Assembly: GCA_041648915.1 (NCBI GenBank)
Contig: JBAZOC010000001.1
Coordinates: 10,801-74,800 of the forward strand
Reading direction: 5' to 3'
From: Candidatus Omnitrophota bacterium
GTDB lineage: Bacteria > Omnitrophota > Gorgyraeia > Gygaellales > Profunditerraquicolaceae
DNA length: 64,000 nucleotides
The notes under the pieces: generated by a model
What the model saw: the letters and a program-made list of their open reading frames with translations, nothing else
Database searches by the model: none
What the model was told of the DNA's origin: nothing
Made by a program: the position numbers and the translations under genes
In this document: piece by piece, positions 38,185 to 47,833 of the stretch
Layout of the letters: the number at the start of each line of letters is the position of its first letter
Position numbering within the stretch: the stretch's first letter is position 1

Positions 38185-39954
38185 ATGCCCGGCCGTATTC
38201 CGGAAAATATATTGGATGATATTTTAGCCCGTGTGGATATTGTGGAGATTATCTCCGGGTTCCTGCCGCTTAAAAAGGCAGGCCGTAATTTTAAGGCCTG
38301 CTGTCCGTTTCATCACGAGAAGACAGCGTCTTTTATGGTTTCGCCTGACCGTCAAATCTACCATTGTTTTGGCTGCGGCGAATCCGGCAATGCCTTTAAG
38401 TTCCTTATGCGTTATGAACGCCTGGATTTCCCGGAAGCGGTAGAGGCCCTAGCGCGTAAGGCGGGAGTAGTTTTACCGAGAGATGAAACTCCGGGGGTTA
38501 AATCTGCAGGCTTAACTACGCAGATATACAGAATAAATGAATTGGCGGCAAATTTTTACAGCACTAACCTGAATTCACCCGCAGGTTTAAGGGCTAGAGA
38601 ATATTTATTAAAGCGCGGGATAAAGCCGCAGGCTATTTCTGCCTTGAACCTGGGATTCGCTTCGGATCATTGGGATGGCCTGCTTAATTATCTGCGGTCA
38701 AAAGGCGTAAGCCTCGGGCTTTTAGAAAAAGCCGGCCTGGTTATAGCCAAGGAGGGCGGCGGTTTTTACGACCGGTTTAGAAACAGGATAATTTTTCCCA
38801 TATTTGATATAAAAGGCCGGGTCTTAGGCTTTGGTGCCCGGGTATTAGATAACAGTTTACCCAAGTATGTCAATTCTCCCGAGACCGCTGTTTATACAAA
38901 AGGAAAAAATTTATACGGGTTTCATCTGGCCAGGGATGCTATTAGAGAAAATGATTGTGTGGCCATAGTCGAAGGGTATTTGGACTTTATCTTTCCGTTC
39001 CAGGAGGGCTTAAAGAATATTACTGCTTCTCTCGGCACAGCCTTGACTATAGAGCAGGCAAGGTTTTTAAAAAGGTACACCCATAATGTAGTTATGGTTT
39101 ATGATGCCGATACCGCCGGTGAATTGGCTACCTTGCGCAGCCTGGATATATTTATCGAGGAAGAGATGCACGTCAGGGTCGTATCTTTACCCGCAGGGTT
39201 TGATCCGGATTTATTTGTGCGCCAGGAAGGCGTAGGCGCCTTTAAGGAAAAGATAGCGCATGCCGAGAGCCTGTTTGATTATAAGCTTAAAATTTTAAAA
39301 TCCCGTTATAGCCTAAAGGAGATAGAAGGACGCGCTAAGATTTCTGGGCTGATGCTGGAGACTATCGCTAGATTTAAAAATGCGATTTTGAGATCTGAAT
39401 ACCTGAAGAAACTGGCTCAGGAACTGAATCTTAAGGAAGAGGCCCTGTTGGAGGAGATAAAAAGGGTTAAAACAGAAAAAATAAATGCGGATCTGCAAAG
39501 GAATCCCGCGCGTAAAACTCATAATGCTAACCCTACGGAGAAATTATTGATGTCGCTTATGCTGGAAGAAAGCGAACTGATTAACCGTATAAGGGAAAGC
39601 CTTAGCCCTAAGGATTTTCAGGATGAGCGGATATCCCGGATCGTTTCTCTCATGTTCAATCTGGTAGAGCAGGGTAAAGCCGTTGGCCCGCAAATATTAA
39701 TGAATTATCTTGGTGATGATGTGCTTGAGCTGGTTTCTGAATCCGTATTTTTAACGCAAAACGCACCGGCATCAGAAGCTCACCGGGAAAAGGTGGTCTG
39801 TGATTGTATACAACGCCTAAAGACCGAGAGGGTAAGATTAGAAAGGCAAAGGCTGCATGAGCAGATTAAGGTTGCCCAGCACGTCGGTGATGAGGAGCTC
39901 TTGAGCCGCCTTACGGAAAAATTTCATTGTTTAATTAAAAAGAAAGCAGGTTAG
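38185..39954 (+). CDS. dnaG: DNA primase
   Basis: The start is trimmed to the ATG at 38185 ([13 protein letters not shown]). Has the zinc finger [12 protein letters not shown]...[10 protein letters not shown] and a TOPRIM domain with EGYLD. Confidence 0.93.
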   Translation: MPGRIPENILDDILARVDIVEIISGFLPLKKAGRNFKACCPFHHEKTASFMVSPDRQIYHCFGCGESGNAFKFLMRYERLDFPEAVEALARKAGVVLPRDETPGVKSAGLTTQIYRINELAANFYSTNLNSPAGLRAREYLLKRGIKPQAISALNLGFASDHWDGLLNYLRSKGVSLGLLEKAGLVIAKEGGGFYDRFRNRIIFPIFDIKGRVLGFGARVLDNSLPKYVNSPETAVYTKGKNLYGFHLARDAIRENDCVAIVEGYLDFIFPFQEGLKNITASLGTALTIEQARFLKRYTHNVVMVYDADTAGELATLRSLDIFIEEEMHVRVVSLPAGFDPDLFVRQEGVGAFKEKIAHAESLFDYKLKILKSRYSLKEIEGRAKISGLMLETIARFKNAILRSEYLKKLAQELNLKEEALLEEIKRVKTEKINADLQRNPARKTHNANPTEKLLMSLMLEESELINRIRESLSPKDFQDERISRIVSLMFNLVEQGKAVGPQILMNYLGDDVLELVSESVFLTQNAPASEAHREKVVCDCIQRLKTERVRLERQRLHEQIKVAQHVGDEELLSRLTEKFHCLIKKKAG

Positions 39955-39956
39955 GG

Positions 39957-41486
39957 ATGAAAAAAAAGACATATGCTTCTAAGGACCTGGAAAAGATTAT
40001 CGCGTTAGGCAAGCAAAAGGGTTTTTTGACTTATGATGAGGTAAATAACCTTCTGCCCGAAGAGTTCTCTTCGTCCGACGATATGGACCATTTATTTGAG
40101 CTGTTGGGGAATGAAGATATACAGGTAGTGGAACACGAAGACGACAGAATTACGGATAAGGAGAATCCTGTTATTAAGGATGATCTTTTAAGCGAACAGC
40201 TCAAAGCGGAGGAGCGTTTTCTTCCGTTGGATGACCCGGTTAAGATGTACCTGAAGCAGATGGGTTCCATTTCGCTCTTATCCAGGGAGCATGAATTAGA
40301 GCTGGCTAAGAGGATAGAGGATGCCGAAGAAAAATTTAAACGCGCCGCCTTAAGCACAAAATTCGTGCGCCATGAGACAATAGCCGTAGCTCACGCTATC
40401 TTAGAGGATAAACTTAACCTGGAAGAACTGGTTAAGGAGGATCTTAAGATTAAAAAGAGTAATGTTGCGGCGAAGATGAAAAGAATTCTTAAGAAACTTA
40501 AAGCTACGCGCAGCAATAGCCTGGCCATAGACCTGCTCTTGGGTTTTAATTTTGTAACTTCCGTAATCGAAGCGGCCGTACGCAAGCTGAACAGCTTATT
40601 AAAAGAGCTGGAGCATATCAACCGCCAGGGCAGGCGTAATTATTCCAGGAAGCAGGAAATTTTAAAACAGCTCGGCGAACCCTACGCCAGGATTAAGGAA
40701 CAGATGCATGCGATTAAGTTAGCCAACCTTAAGTTTAACCGCGCTAAGAAAAAGCTGGTGGAGGCCAACTTAAGGCTGGTAGTGAGTATTGCCAAGAAGT
40801 ATACCAATAGAGGCCTTTCTTTCCTGGATTTAATCCAGGAGGGGAATATTGGATTAATGCGGGCAGTAGAAAAATTTGAGTATAAAAGAGGGTATAAGTT
40901 TTCTACTTATGCTACCTGGTGGATAAGGCAGGCAATTACCCGTTCCATAGCGGACCAGGCACGCACCATAAGGATCCCCGTACATATGACCGAGACAATC
41001 AATAAGATTATCCGATATTCGCGGATTTTTGTCCAGGAGAACGGCCGCGAGCCGTTGCCTGAAGAGATAGCTTATAAAATGCGCCTGCCCCAGGAAAAGG
41101 TAAAGACAATATTAAAGATAGCCCAGGAGCCGATATCTTTACAGATGCCTATCGGCGATGAGGGGGATACGCATTTCGGAGATTTTATTCAGGACAAAAA
41201 AGCAGTCTCGCCGGCAAACGAAACCGTTCGTTCCATGTTAAAAGAAGAAATGAATTCTGCCTTAGGTACTCTTACGGAAAGAGAAAAAAAGATACTGGTT
41301 CTGCGTTTTGGGATGCACGACGGTTCCAGCCGGACATTGGAGGAAGTAGGCAATATCTTCAGGGTAACCCGGGAAAGAGTAAGGCAGATAGAAGCCAAGG
41401 CCTTGAAAAAATTACGGCATCCTACGCGTTCAAGAAGGTTACGTACTTTTCTGGATATGACGCTTGCGCATCAGAGAGAATATTAA
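39957..41486 (+). CDS. rpoD: RNA polymerase sigma factor RpoD (sigma70)
   Basis: 509 aa. Region 2 has [37 protein letters not shown]. Region 4 has [20 protein letters not shown]. Confidence 0.96.
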   Translation: MKKKTYASKDLEKIIALGKQKGFLTYDEVNNLLPEEFSSSDDMDHLFELLGNEDIQVVEHEDDRITDKENPVIKDDLLSEQLKAEERFLPLDDPVKMYLKQMGSISLLSREHELELAKRIEDAEEKFKRAALSTKFVRHETIAVAHAILEDKLNLEELVKEDLKIKKSNVAAKMKRILKKLKATRSNSLAIDLLLGFNFVTSVIEAAVRKLNSLLKELEHINRQGRRNYSRKQEILKQLGEPYARIKEQMHAIKLANLKFNRAKKKLVEANLRLVVSIAKKYTNRGLSFLDLIQEGNIGLMRAVEKFEYKRGYKFSTYATWWIRQAITRSIADQARTIRIPVHMTETINKIIRYSRIFVQENGREPLPEEIAYKMRLPQEKVKTILKIAQEPISLQMPIGDEGDTHFGDFIQDKKAVSPANETVRSMLKEEMNSALGTLTEREKKILVLRFGMHDGSSRTLEEVGNIFRVTRERVRQIEAKALKKLRHPTRSRRLRTFLDMTLAHQREY

Positions 41487-41582
41487 TTAAAGCAGGGAGT
41501 GCTCATGTTGAGCCTTGGTAGCCTAGGGAGATAGGCAGTTTTCCTGACCAGGTAAAGCCGGGAGAGCTGCTTTTAATTTTTT

Positions 41583-44168
41583 ATGGAAGACAGCACGCAT
41601 TTTAATAAAGCCGAAGAAAGATTAAGCGACGAGATAAAGTTTTTACAGGTCCGCATTACGGAGCTGGAAAAGGCCGAATCCCGGCATAAGTTATTCGAGA
41701 AAGAAAACGAGCAAAAGCTGCGCGTTATTTTTGATCAGACCTTCCAATTTATTGGCTTGATGACTCCCGACGGAATCCTGGTAGAGGCTAATCGGACAGC
41801 TTTGGATTTTAGCGGCATTACGGCTGAGAGCGTCCTGAATAAGCCATTCTGGCATGCCCCCTGGTGGGCACATTCTACCCAACTGCAGGAAGATCTGCGC
41901 CAGGCTATAAAAAAAGCCTCCAGCGGAGAATTTGTCCGTTTTGAGGTAACACATCTGGATAAAGACGGCAAGGCCCATTATGTGGATTTTTCCATCAAGC
42001 CGGTAAGGGACCAGGCCGGTAAAATCATCTATTTGATTCCTGAAGGCCGCGATATCACCGAGCTAAAAGAAATAGCGGATAAGCTCGCGCGTTCCAGGGA
42101 AAGATACGCTAACTTGATAAATGACCTTCCGGTAGGCGTCTACCGTAATGCTCCGGGTATGCAAGGCCATTTTTTGGAGGCTAATCCGGCGATTGTGAAA
42201 ATGTTTGAAGCAGAATCAAAGGAAGAATTTCTTAAGCATAATGTCAGCGAACTTTATCAGCATCCCGCTGAAAGGGAGATAATCAGCGAAAAAATACTGG
42301 AGCAGGGTTTTGTAAAAAATGAAGAGTTGCAGTTGGTAACGCTTAAAGGCCATAAAATCTGGGGTTTGCTTAACGCAATAGCTAAAAAAGACGCGCAAGG
42401 TAACGTATATTTTGACGGTATTATAGAAGATATCACTGAGCGCAAAAAATACGAAGAAAAGCTGCGTGAGGCGCGCGCAGAATTATCCATCAGGGTCAAG
42501 GTAAGGACTGCGGAGTTGAGCCGGGCTAATGAGGAATTAAGAAAGGAGATAGAAGACCGTAAGAAGCTTAATGAGGCTTTTAGGCAGAATAAAATCTTTC
42601 TTTCCAATATCTTTAGTAGCATTCAAGACGGGATAAGTGTTCTGGATAAGGAAATGAATATACTCCTGGTGAACCCGTTTATGGAAAAGCTGTACGCAAG
42701 TAAGGCTCCTTTTTTGGGGAAGAAATGTTATGAAATTTATCAGTGTTCTAGCCAGCCATGTGAAAATTGCCCGGTCCTGGTAAGCTTAAAAACCCAGCAG
42801 TTGGCCTCAGCCGTAGTTCCTAGAAGAAGGGAAAACGGAGAAACTACCGGTTGGATTGAGCTTTACAGTTTCCCCCTCATCGATCAAGAAAATAAAGAAT
42901 TCTTGGGGGTGATTGAATATGTGCGGGATATTACGGATAAGAAAAAAGCCCTGGAGCGGGTAGAGATCTTAAACGAAGAACTCTTAAGGTCTAATAAAAG
43001 GTTACGGCAGCTCTCGCTTACTGATTCCCATACCGGGCTGTATAACCATCGCTATCTCCAGGATGTTATTGAGGCGGAATTTCACCGGGCCAAGCGTTAC
43101 GGCCACCCCTTAGCCGTCATAATGATAGACATAGATTATTTTAAGTCTATCAATGATGTCTATAGCCACCAGTTTGGAGACCTGGTCCTTAAACAATTTG
43201 CCAGGCAGTTGAAAATGATGATGCGCCGGTATGATATCATTATTCGTTCCGGTGGCGAAGAATTTATTATTATTTCTCCGGGCATAGATGTAGCTCAGGC
43301 CTTAAGTGTGGGCCAGAGGATTTTAGATACTATTCACTTATATAAGTTCGGAGATAAGCAACATACGGTTAAAATTAAATTAAGCCTGGCAGTGGTTTCT
43401 TATCCCGGAGATAAAGTGAATAGAGGTATGGGATTAATTAACCTGGCGGATCAGGTCCTGAATAAGGCTAAAGAGTCCGGAGGAAACAGGGTGTATTCAT
43501 CTTCAGACATAGGCAAAGGAAAGCATCCGGCTCTAGAGGTAAAGAATAAACCCTTGGGGATCAAGCTTCTCCAGGGGAAGATTGATAAGCTTACTAAGAA
43601 ATCCAATCAGAGCCTGGTTGAGGCAATATTCGCTTTTGCCAAAGCCATCGAATTAAAAGATCATTATACCGGCGAGCATGGCGAGGATACTGTCCGTTAT
43701 GTAACCGATATTTGCGATAAATTGGAATTAGCTAAGGATGAGATCGAGCTGATCAAGCAGGGAGCGGTTTTGCATGATTTGGGCAAGATTGGTATCAGCG
43801 AAAAGATTCTCTTAAAGAAATCCAAGCTGACTAAGCGTGAATTTGAAGAGATAAAAAAGCATCCCCAGATCGGCGCGGACATCTTGCGGCCAATCCAGTT
43901 TTTACGTAAGCTTATACCGCTTGTTTTCTACCACCATGAAAAATGGGACGGAACAGGATATCCCAGCGGCATAAAAGGGGAAGAAATACCTATCGGTGCC
44001 CGGATTATCGCTATTGCCGATGCCTACCAGGCTTTGACCAGCGACCGCCCCTACCGTAAGGCCTATTCCCAGCAAAAAGCGATTGCGATAATGAAAGAAG
44101 GCAGCGGCAAGCAATTCGATCCGAAAATCGTAGGCCTGTTCTTAAAGATATTACAGGCCAGAAGATAG
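41583..44168 (+). CDS. multi-PAS sensor with GGDEF (GGEEF plus RxxD I-site) and HD-GYP domains
   Basis: 861 aa with about three PAS modules. The GGDEF region reads RRYDIIIRSGGEEF. The HD-GYP domain has VLHDLGK and HHEKWDGTGYP. Confidence 0.85.
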   Translation: MEDSTHFNKAEERLSDEIKFLQVRITELEKAESRHKLFEKENEQKLRVIFDQTFQFIGLMTPDGILVEANRTALDFSGITAESVLNKPFWHAPWWAHSTQLQEDLRQAIKKASSGEFVRFEVTHLDKDGKAHYVDFSIKPVRDQAGKIIYLIPEGRDITELKEIADKLARSRERYANLINDLPVGVYRNAPGMQGHFLEANPAIVKMFEAESKEEFLKHNVSELYQHPAEREIISEKILEQGFVKNEELQLVTLKGHKIWGLLNAIAKKDAQGNVYFDGIIEDITERKKYEEKLREARAELSIRVKVRTAELSRANEELRKEIEDRKKLNEAFRQNKIFLSNIFSSIQDGISVLDKEMNILLVNPFMEKLYASKAPFLGKKCYEIYQCSSQPCENCPVLVSLKTQQLASAVVPRRRENGETTGWIELYSFPLIDQENKEFLGVIEYVRDITDKKKALERVEILNEELLRSNKRLRQLSLTDSHTGLYNHRYLQDVIEAEFHRAKRYGHPLAVIMIDIDYFKSINDVYSHQFGDLVLKQFARQLKMMMRRYDIIIRSGGEEFIIISPGIDVAQALSVGQRILDTIHLYKFGDKQHTVKIKLSLAVVSYPGDKVNRGMGLINLADQVLNKAKESGGNRVYSSSDIGKGKHPALEVKNKPLGIKLLQGKIDKLTKKSNQSLVEAIFAFAKAIELKDHYTGEHGEDTVRYVTDICDKLELAKDEIELIKQGAVLHDLGKIGISEKILLKKSKLTKREFEEIKKHPQIGADILRPIQFLRKLIPLVFYHHEKWDGTGYPSGIKGEEIPIGARIIAIADAYQALTSDRPYRKAYSQQKAIAIMKEGSGKQFDPKIVGLFLKILQARR

Positions 44169-44248
44169 CCGGATATAAATGTACCAAACATCAATAAAAA
44201 CTATTTCCATTTTCAATAAAAGAGGTATAATTAGGCGAAGGAGGAAAA

Positions 44249-44536
44249 ATGGAAATGAAAATTAGTAAAAGTGTCTTGGTGGTCATTATTTTAGTGGCGA
44301 TTTTGTTTTCATTCATTTCTTTTTCGATAGATAATATTCTTTGTAAAAACGTAGATGAGGTGACAAGGACGGGCCTCAGCAGGGTTATTCAACAGCAGGG
44401 CGCCGCGATTAAGCAGCTCATCGCTAAAGTCTTACAAGGGCAGGAAAAGCTGGAGGCACTCAGGAAAGATTTAGATATAACTAAGCAAAAGCTGGATAAT
44501 GTAACCATGAGGCTGGATGCCTTAACGGTTAATTGA
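44249..44536 (+). CDS. hypothetical membrane-anchored coiled-coil protein
   Basis: 95 aa with an N-terminal TM helix and a heptad-like C-terminus. GGAGG RBS upstream and a terminator downstream. Confidence 0.4.
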   Translation: MEMKISKSVLVVIILVAILFSFISFSIDNILCKNVDEVTRTGLSRVIQQQGAAIKQLIAKVLQGQEKLEALRKDLDITKQKLDNVTMRLDALTVN

Positions 44537-44595
44537 GGAACCTTCATAAAATAATCCAGGACGTTTGTAGAGCAGTTTTTAGAAATTCGGTATTT

Positions 44596-44629
44596 ACGGC
44601 AGGAAGAGATAATTTCCTGCCGTTTTTTT
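44596..44629 (+). terminator. intrinsic terminator
   Basis: ACGGCAGGAA (44596-44605) pairs with TTCCTGCCGT (44614-44623), followed by T7. Confidence 0.85.
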
Positions 44630-44660
44630 CTGCGGAGCACCGGGAGGATTCAACTATTTC

Positions 44661-46016
44661 ATGAAAAAGATAGCGTATTTATTAATTTTGCTAGTCTTGT
44701 TAGCAGTTTTCGTACTGGTAGGTAAAAACAAATTGGCGGCATTTTATTATAACCGCGGGGATGACTATTACGAGAAGCATTTATATAAAGAGGCAGTAAG
44801 TTATTTTAATAAATCGCTTAGGCTTAATCCTTCAGCTAGCGTGGCCCATTACGGTTTGGCAAACGCCTATGTCCAGCAAAAACTGGAAGATGCGGCGAGA
44901 GCGGAATATAAAAAGGCGCTCCAGCTGGATAGGCGCTTTATGTTGGCTTACGAGGCTTTAGCGGAGAGCTATATCCGGAGTAAGCTCTACCAAGAATCAA
45001 TGGCTATACTAAAAGAGGCGGAAGTTCTTTCCCCCGGTAATAAGAAGATCCAGGATTTAATGGATTATGCCTCTTCTAAATATATGGCCTATCTTTTAAA
45101 TACCGGTATCGACGCATTTTCGTCGGGAGAAAAAACAAAGGCGTATGAGTTACTCCATAAAGCGTTACAAATCGACCCGGATTTTATCTTTGCGCGTTAT
45201 ATGCTCGCCGATTTTTATTATATTGACCGTGATTATGAACCGGCTATAGCTTTAGCTGATGAAATAATCCTCCGGGATAGCAATTTTTTCCTGGCCTATA
45301 AACTGCTCGGAGACATTTATTTTAGGGAAGGAATTTTTGATAAAGCCGTTAGTGCCTATAGGAAAGCCTGGGCGTTAGACAAGAATGAGCCGGTCATCGC
45401 TAACAACCTGGGTCTGGCTCTGATGAACCTTGAGAACTACAGAGAGGCAGTGCCTTATTTAGAGGAAGCTTTAAGGTTAGATCCCGGTAATATAAATTTC
45501 CGTTATAGCTTGGCCAGTATATATAGGGACCAGGGAAGATTAAAAGAAGCTGTCCTAGAGTATGGAAACGTCATTAGCGCGCAGCCGGATTACCCCAATG
45601 TGCATAATGATTTAGGGGATATTTATACGCGGGAGGCTCGCCCGAAAGAAGCACTGAGCGCATACCGTCAAGAGATGGATCTTTGCCTGAATAAGCTTTC
45701 TGCTGATCCTTTTGATCCTGTTGCCTTGAACGATATAGCCCATGCTTATAATGGCGCCGGGGAATACAACAAAGCAAGAGAGTTTATAAATAAGGCATTA
45801 ATTATAAGTCCGGGATACCGGGAGGCATACTTGACCTTAGCCGCCATAGAAAGGAACCTGGGTAATCCCGCTAAGGCATTGGCAGCGTTAGAAAAAGCCA
45901 AGACATTAACCAGGGGTGGACAGTTTTTTATAGATCAAGCTATTTATGAGGTCAAGGCGCTAAAACTTCCCGTTGGGGTGAGATTAAAAAATGAGCCCTA
46001 CCTGAAAAGCCAGTAA
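44661..46016 (+). CDS. TPR-repeat protein with N-terminal membrane anchor/signal
   Basis: 451 aa with many 34-aa TPR-like repeats (AxxxYxxALxxDPxxxxA pattern throughout). Confidence 0.7.
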   Translation: MKKIAYLLILLVLLAVFVLVGKNKLAAFYYNRGDDYYEKHLYKEAVSYFNKSLRLNPSASVAHYGLANAYVQQKLEDAARAEYKKALQLDRRFMLAYEALAESYIRSKLYQESMAILKEAEVLSPGNKKIQDLMDYASSKYMAYLLNTGIDAFSSGEKTKAYELLHKALQIDPDFIFARYMLADFYYIDRDYEPAIALADEIILRDSNFFLAYKLLGDIYFREGIFDKAVSAYRKAWALDKNEPVIANNLGLALMNLENYREAVPYLEEALRLDPGNINFRYSLASIYRDQGRLKEAVLEYGNVISAQPDYPNVHNDLGDIYTREARPKEALSAYRQEMDLCLNKLSADPFDPVALNDIAHAYNGAGEYNKAREFINKALIISPGYREAYLTLAAIERNLGNPAKALAALEKAKTLTRGGQFFIDQAIYEVKALKLPVGVRLKNEPYLKSQ

Positions 46017-46053
46017 ATTCACGCTGGAATACCGGAATTTAATATTTTTTAAC

Positions 46054-46087
46054 TTGCAAAATAGGGCTAAAAATAGTAATATATAAT
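46054..46087 (+). promoter_or_regulatory. promoter candidate for tRNA pair (TTGCAA-17 nt-TAATAT, adjacent TATAAT)
   Basis: TTGCAA at 46054-46059 and TAATAT at 46077-46082. TATAAT at 46082-46087 is an alternative -10. Confidence 0.5.
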
Positions 46088-46098
46088 ATTAACTTTTA

Positions 46099-46170
46099 GG
46101 GCCCATAGCTCAGCGGTAGAGCAGGTGACTCATAATCACTTGGTCGGAGGTTCGAACCCTTCTGGGCCCA
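46099..46170 (+). tRNA. tRNA with CAT anticodon (elongator Met, or Ile2 if lysidine-modified)
   Basis: Hand-folded cloverleaf. Acceptor stem is GGGCCCA/TGGGCCC, D stem is GCTC/GAGC, anticodon loop is CTCATAA, T-loop is TTCGAAC. The G1-C72 pair argues against an initiator. No CCA is encoded. Confidence 0.88.
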
Positions 46171-46176
46171 GATTTA

Positions 46177-46253
46177 GGGCGATTGGCTCAGTTGGTTAGA
46201 GCGCCACATTCACATTGTGGAGGCCAGAGGTCCGAATCCTCTATCGCCCACCA
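46177..46253 (+). tRNA. tRNA-Val (CAC)
   Basis: Hand-folded cloverleaf. Acceptor stem is GGGCGAT/ATCGCCC, anticodon stem is CCACA/TGTGG with loop TTCACAT, T-loop is TCCGAAT. CCA is encoded. Confidence 0.88.
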
Positions 46254-46270
46254 TTAAATAGGGAGTAAAA

Positions 46271-46996
46271 TTGTCCACGGTTAATTTGAGGGAGCAGCTA
46301 AGCAGCCTGATAAAATTACAGACAGTAGATAGCGAAATATACGCTTTACGTTCCGAGAAATCCGCCAAGCCTGATGAGATTAAGGCTAGGGAAATCTCTT
46401 TTGAAGCCAAGAAAGCGCAGTTGGCGGAGTTAGAAAAAAAGTTATTGGAATTACAGAAGGAGAGGAAGGATAAGGAACTGGAGTTAGGTTCAAAAGAAGA
46501 GGCGGCTAAGAAGCTGCAGGGGCAGCTTTATGGGCTTAAAACCAATAAGGAATACCAGACGATGTTGCAACAGATACAGGACGCCAAAGCCGATGCCTCG
46601 ATTATTGAAGATAAGGTACTGGAGTTATTCGATAAAGCGGATGCGGCCAGGGGCGAAGTAGAAAAGGAAAAATTAAGGCTTAAGGAGGAAGAAAAAGTAT
46701 TTTTAACCGAGAAGAAAAAAATTGAAGACCGGGTTAAAGAGATAGATGACCGTTTAAGCCAGCTCGAGGCGCAGAGGAAACAGGCCATCCCGGAGATAGA
46801 CCCGAAGATCCTGAGCCAGTACGAGAGGATATTAGGCAGTCGCGAGGGCCTGGCCATAGTTATTGTCAAGGAGAACTCCTGCGGCGGCTGTAATATGTTT
46901 GTCCCTCCACAGGTGATCAATTTGATTAAAATGTATGAGCATATAATTACTTGCGAGATGTGTAATCGGATACTCTATATCAATGAGGGAGCTTGA
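46271..46996 (+). CDS. coiled-coil plus C4 zinc-ribbon protein (COG1579/DUF164-type)
   Basis: 241 aa with a TTG start and a GGGAG RBS. Has a long Lys/Glu-rich coiled coil and a C-terminal CGGCNM...CEMCNRILY zinc ribbon. Confidence 0.7.
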   Translation: MSTVNLREQLSSLIKLQTVDSEIYALRSEKSAKPDEIKAREISFEAKKAQLAELEKKLLELQKERKDKELELGSKEEAAKKLQGQLYGLKTNKEYQTMLQQIQDAKADASIIEDKVLELFDKADAARGEVEKEKLRLKEEEKVFLTEKKKIEDRVKEIDDRLSQLEAQRKQAIPEIDPKILSQYERILGSREGLAIVIVKENSCGGCNMFVPPQVINLIKMYEHIITCEMCNRILYINEGA

Positions 46997-47402
46997 AATT
47001 TACATTGACGGAGCGTCAAAAGGCAACCCGGGCCCTAGCGGTATAGGGGTGGTTATTTGCCGGGATAAGGAGACAATAAAAAATATCTCTAGTTATATCG
47101 GCAACGCTACAAATAATATTGCCGAATACACAGCCTTGATTTACGGGCTCCGGGAAGCATTGGTTTTAAAGGCAGAGGTGATTAAGATCAAAACAGACAG
47201 TCAGCTCCTGGCGCGCCAGTTGAATAAGGTTTATAAAGTCAAGCACCCGAATATAGCCGGGCTTTATAACCAGGCGTTGAATTTGCTGGCGGAATTTAAA
47301 GAGGTTTCGATAGAGAATATTCCGCGCGCAGAGAATACTGGTGCGGACAAATTGGCAACCCAGGCGATAAAGAAAGAATTAAAGAAGCCTGCCTACTGGT
47401 AG
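46983..47402 (+). CDS. rnhA: ribonuclease HI (RNase H-like, short type)
   Basis: 139 aa. Has the catalytic pattern IYIDGASKGNPG, NNIAEYTALIYGL, TDSQLL and NTGADKLA. Confidence 0.85.
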   Translation: MRELEIYIDGASKGNPGPSGIGVVICRDKETIKNISSYIGNATNNIAEYTALIYGLREALVLKAEVIKIKTDSQLLARQLNKVYKVKHPNIAGLYNQALNLLAEFKEVSIENIPRAENTGADKLATQAIKKELKKPAYW

Positions 47403-47445
47403 GTCTAGCTGTCGGTAGACAGGCAGGAGTGTTCTTTTAAAAATA

Positions 47446-47804
47446 GGGCAGGTAGAGTGTGGCCGCCCCAGGCTTTATAAGCCCAAGGGGAGGAAAGTCC
47501 GGGCTCCGGAGGATAACGCAGTAGGGTAATGCCTACCCGGCAGGTTAATCGCTTGCCGAGGATAAGAGCCACAGAGACGAGTAGCAGTCGAAGACTGCGA
47601 GATGAAACGCGGTAATCTCTGCGTGGAGCAAGGCGAATAGGAGATAAAGTCCCTTACCCAGGGCGCGCGCTCATCCGGCGCGTTATTTAAATCTCGGGTA
47701 ATAAGCTGCTTGAGCTCTGATAGCAACATCGGAGTCGAGAGGAATGGTCACTTTTCGATGCGCATACTCGCATCAAGACAGAACCCGGCTTATTTTATCT
47801 GCCC
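47446..47804 (+). ncRNA. rnpB: RNase P RNA (bacterial type A)
   Basis: The universal P4 5' strand GAGGAAAGTCCGGGCTCC is at 47490-47507. The 3' strand ACAGAACCCGGCTTA is at 47778-47792. The ends GGGCAG and CTGCCC can form P1. Length is about 359 nt. Confidence 0.9.
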
Positions 47805-47833
47805 TTTTTAAATTAAACATAAGGAGGAAACAA

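Noticed and set aside
41487-41582. Possible c-di-GMP riboswitch upstream of the GGDEF/HD-GYP gene.
   Set aside because: A by-eye comparison with the GEMM-I consensus shows only a short AAAGCC-GGG resemblance. The tetraloop/receptor and conserved GGCAAACC-type elements are missing. It is kept only as an unclassified structured region.
46210-46410. 66-aa minus-strand ORF.
   Set aside because: It overlaps tRNA-Val and the 5' end of the COG1579 gene, and has no supporting signals.
47475-47729. 84-aa minus-strand ORF, and the first 90 nt of the 47744-48580 plus-strand ORF.
   Set aside because: Both fall inside the RNase P RNA gene (47446-47804). yebC has a canonical start MSGHSKWKT at 47834 with an AAGGAGG RBS.
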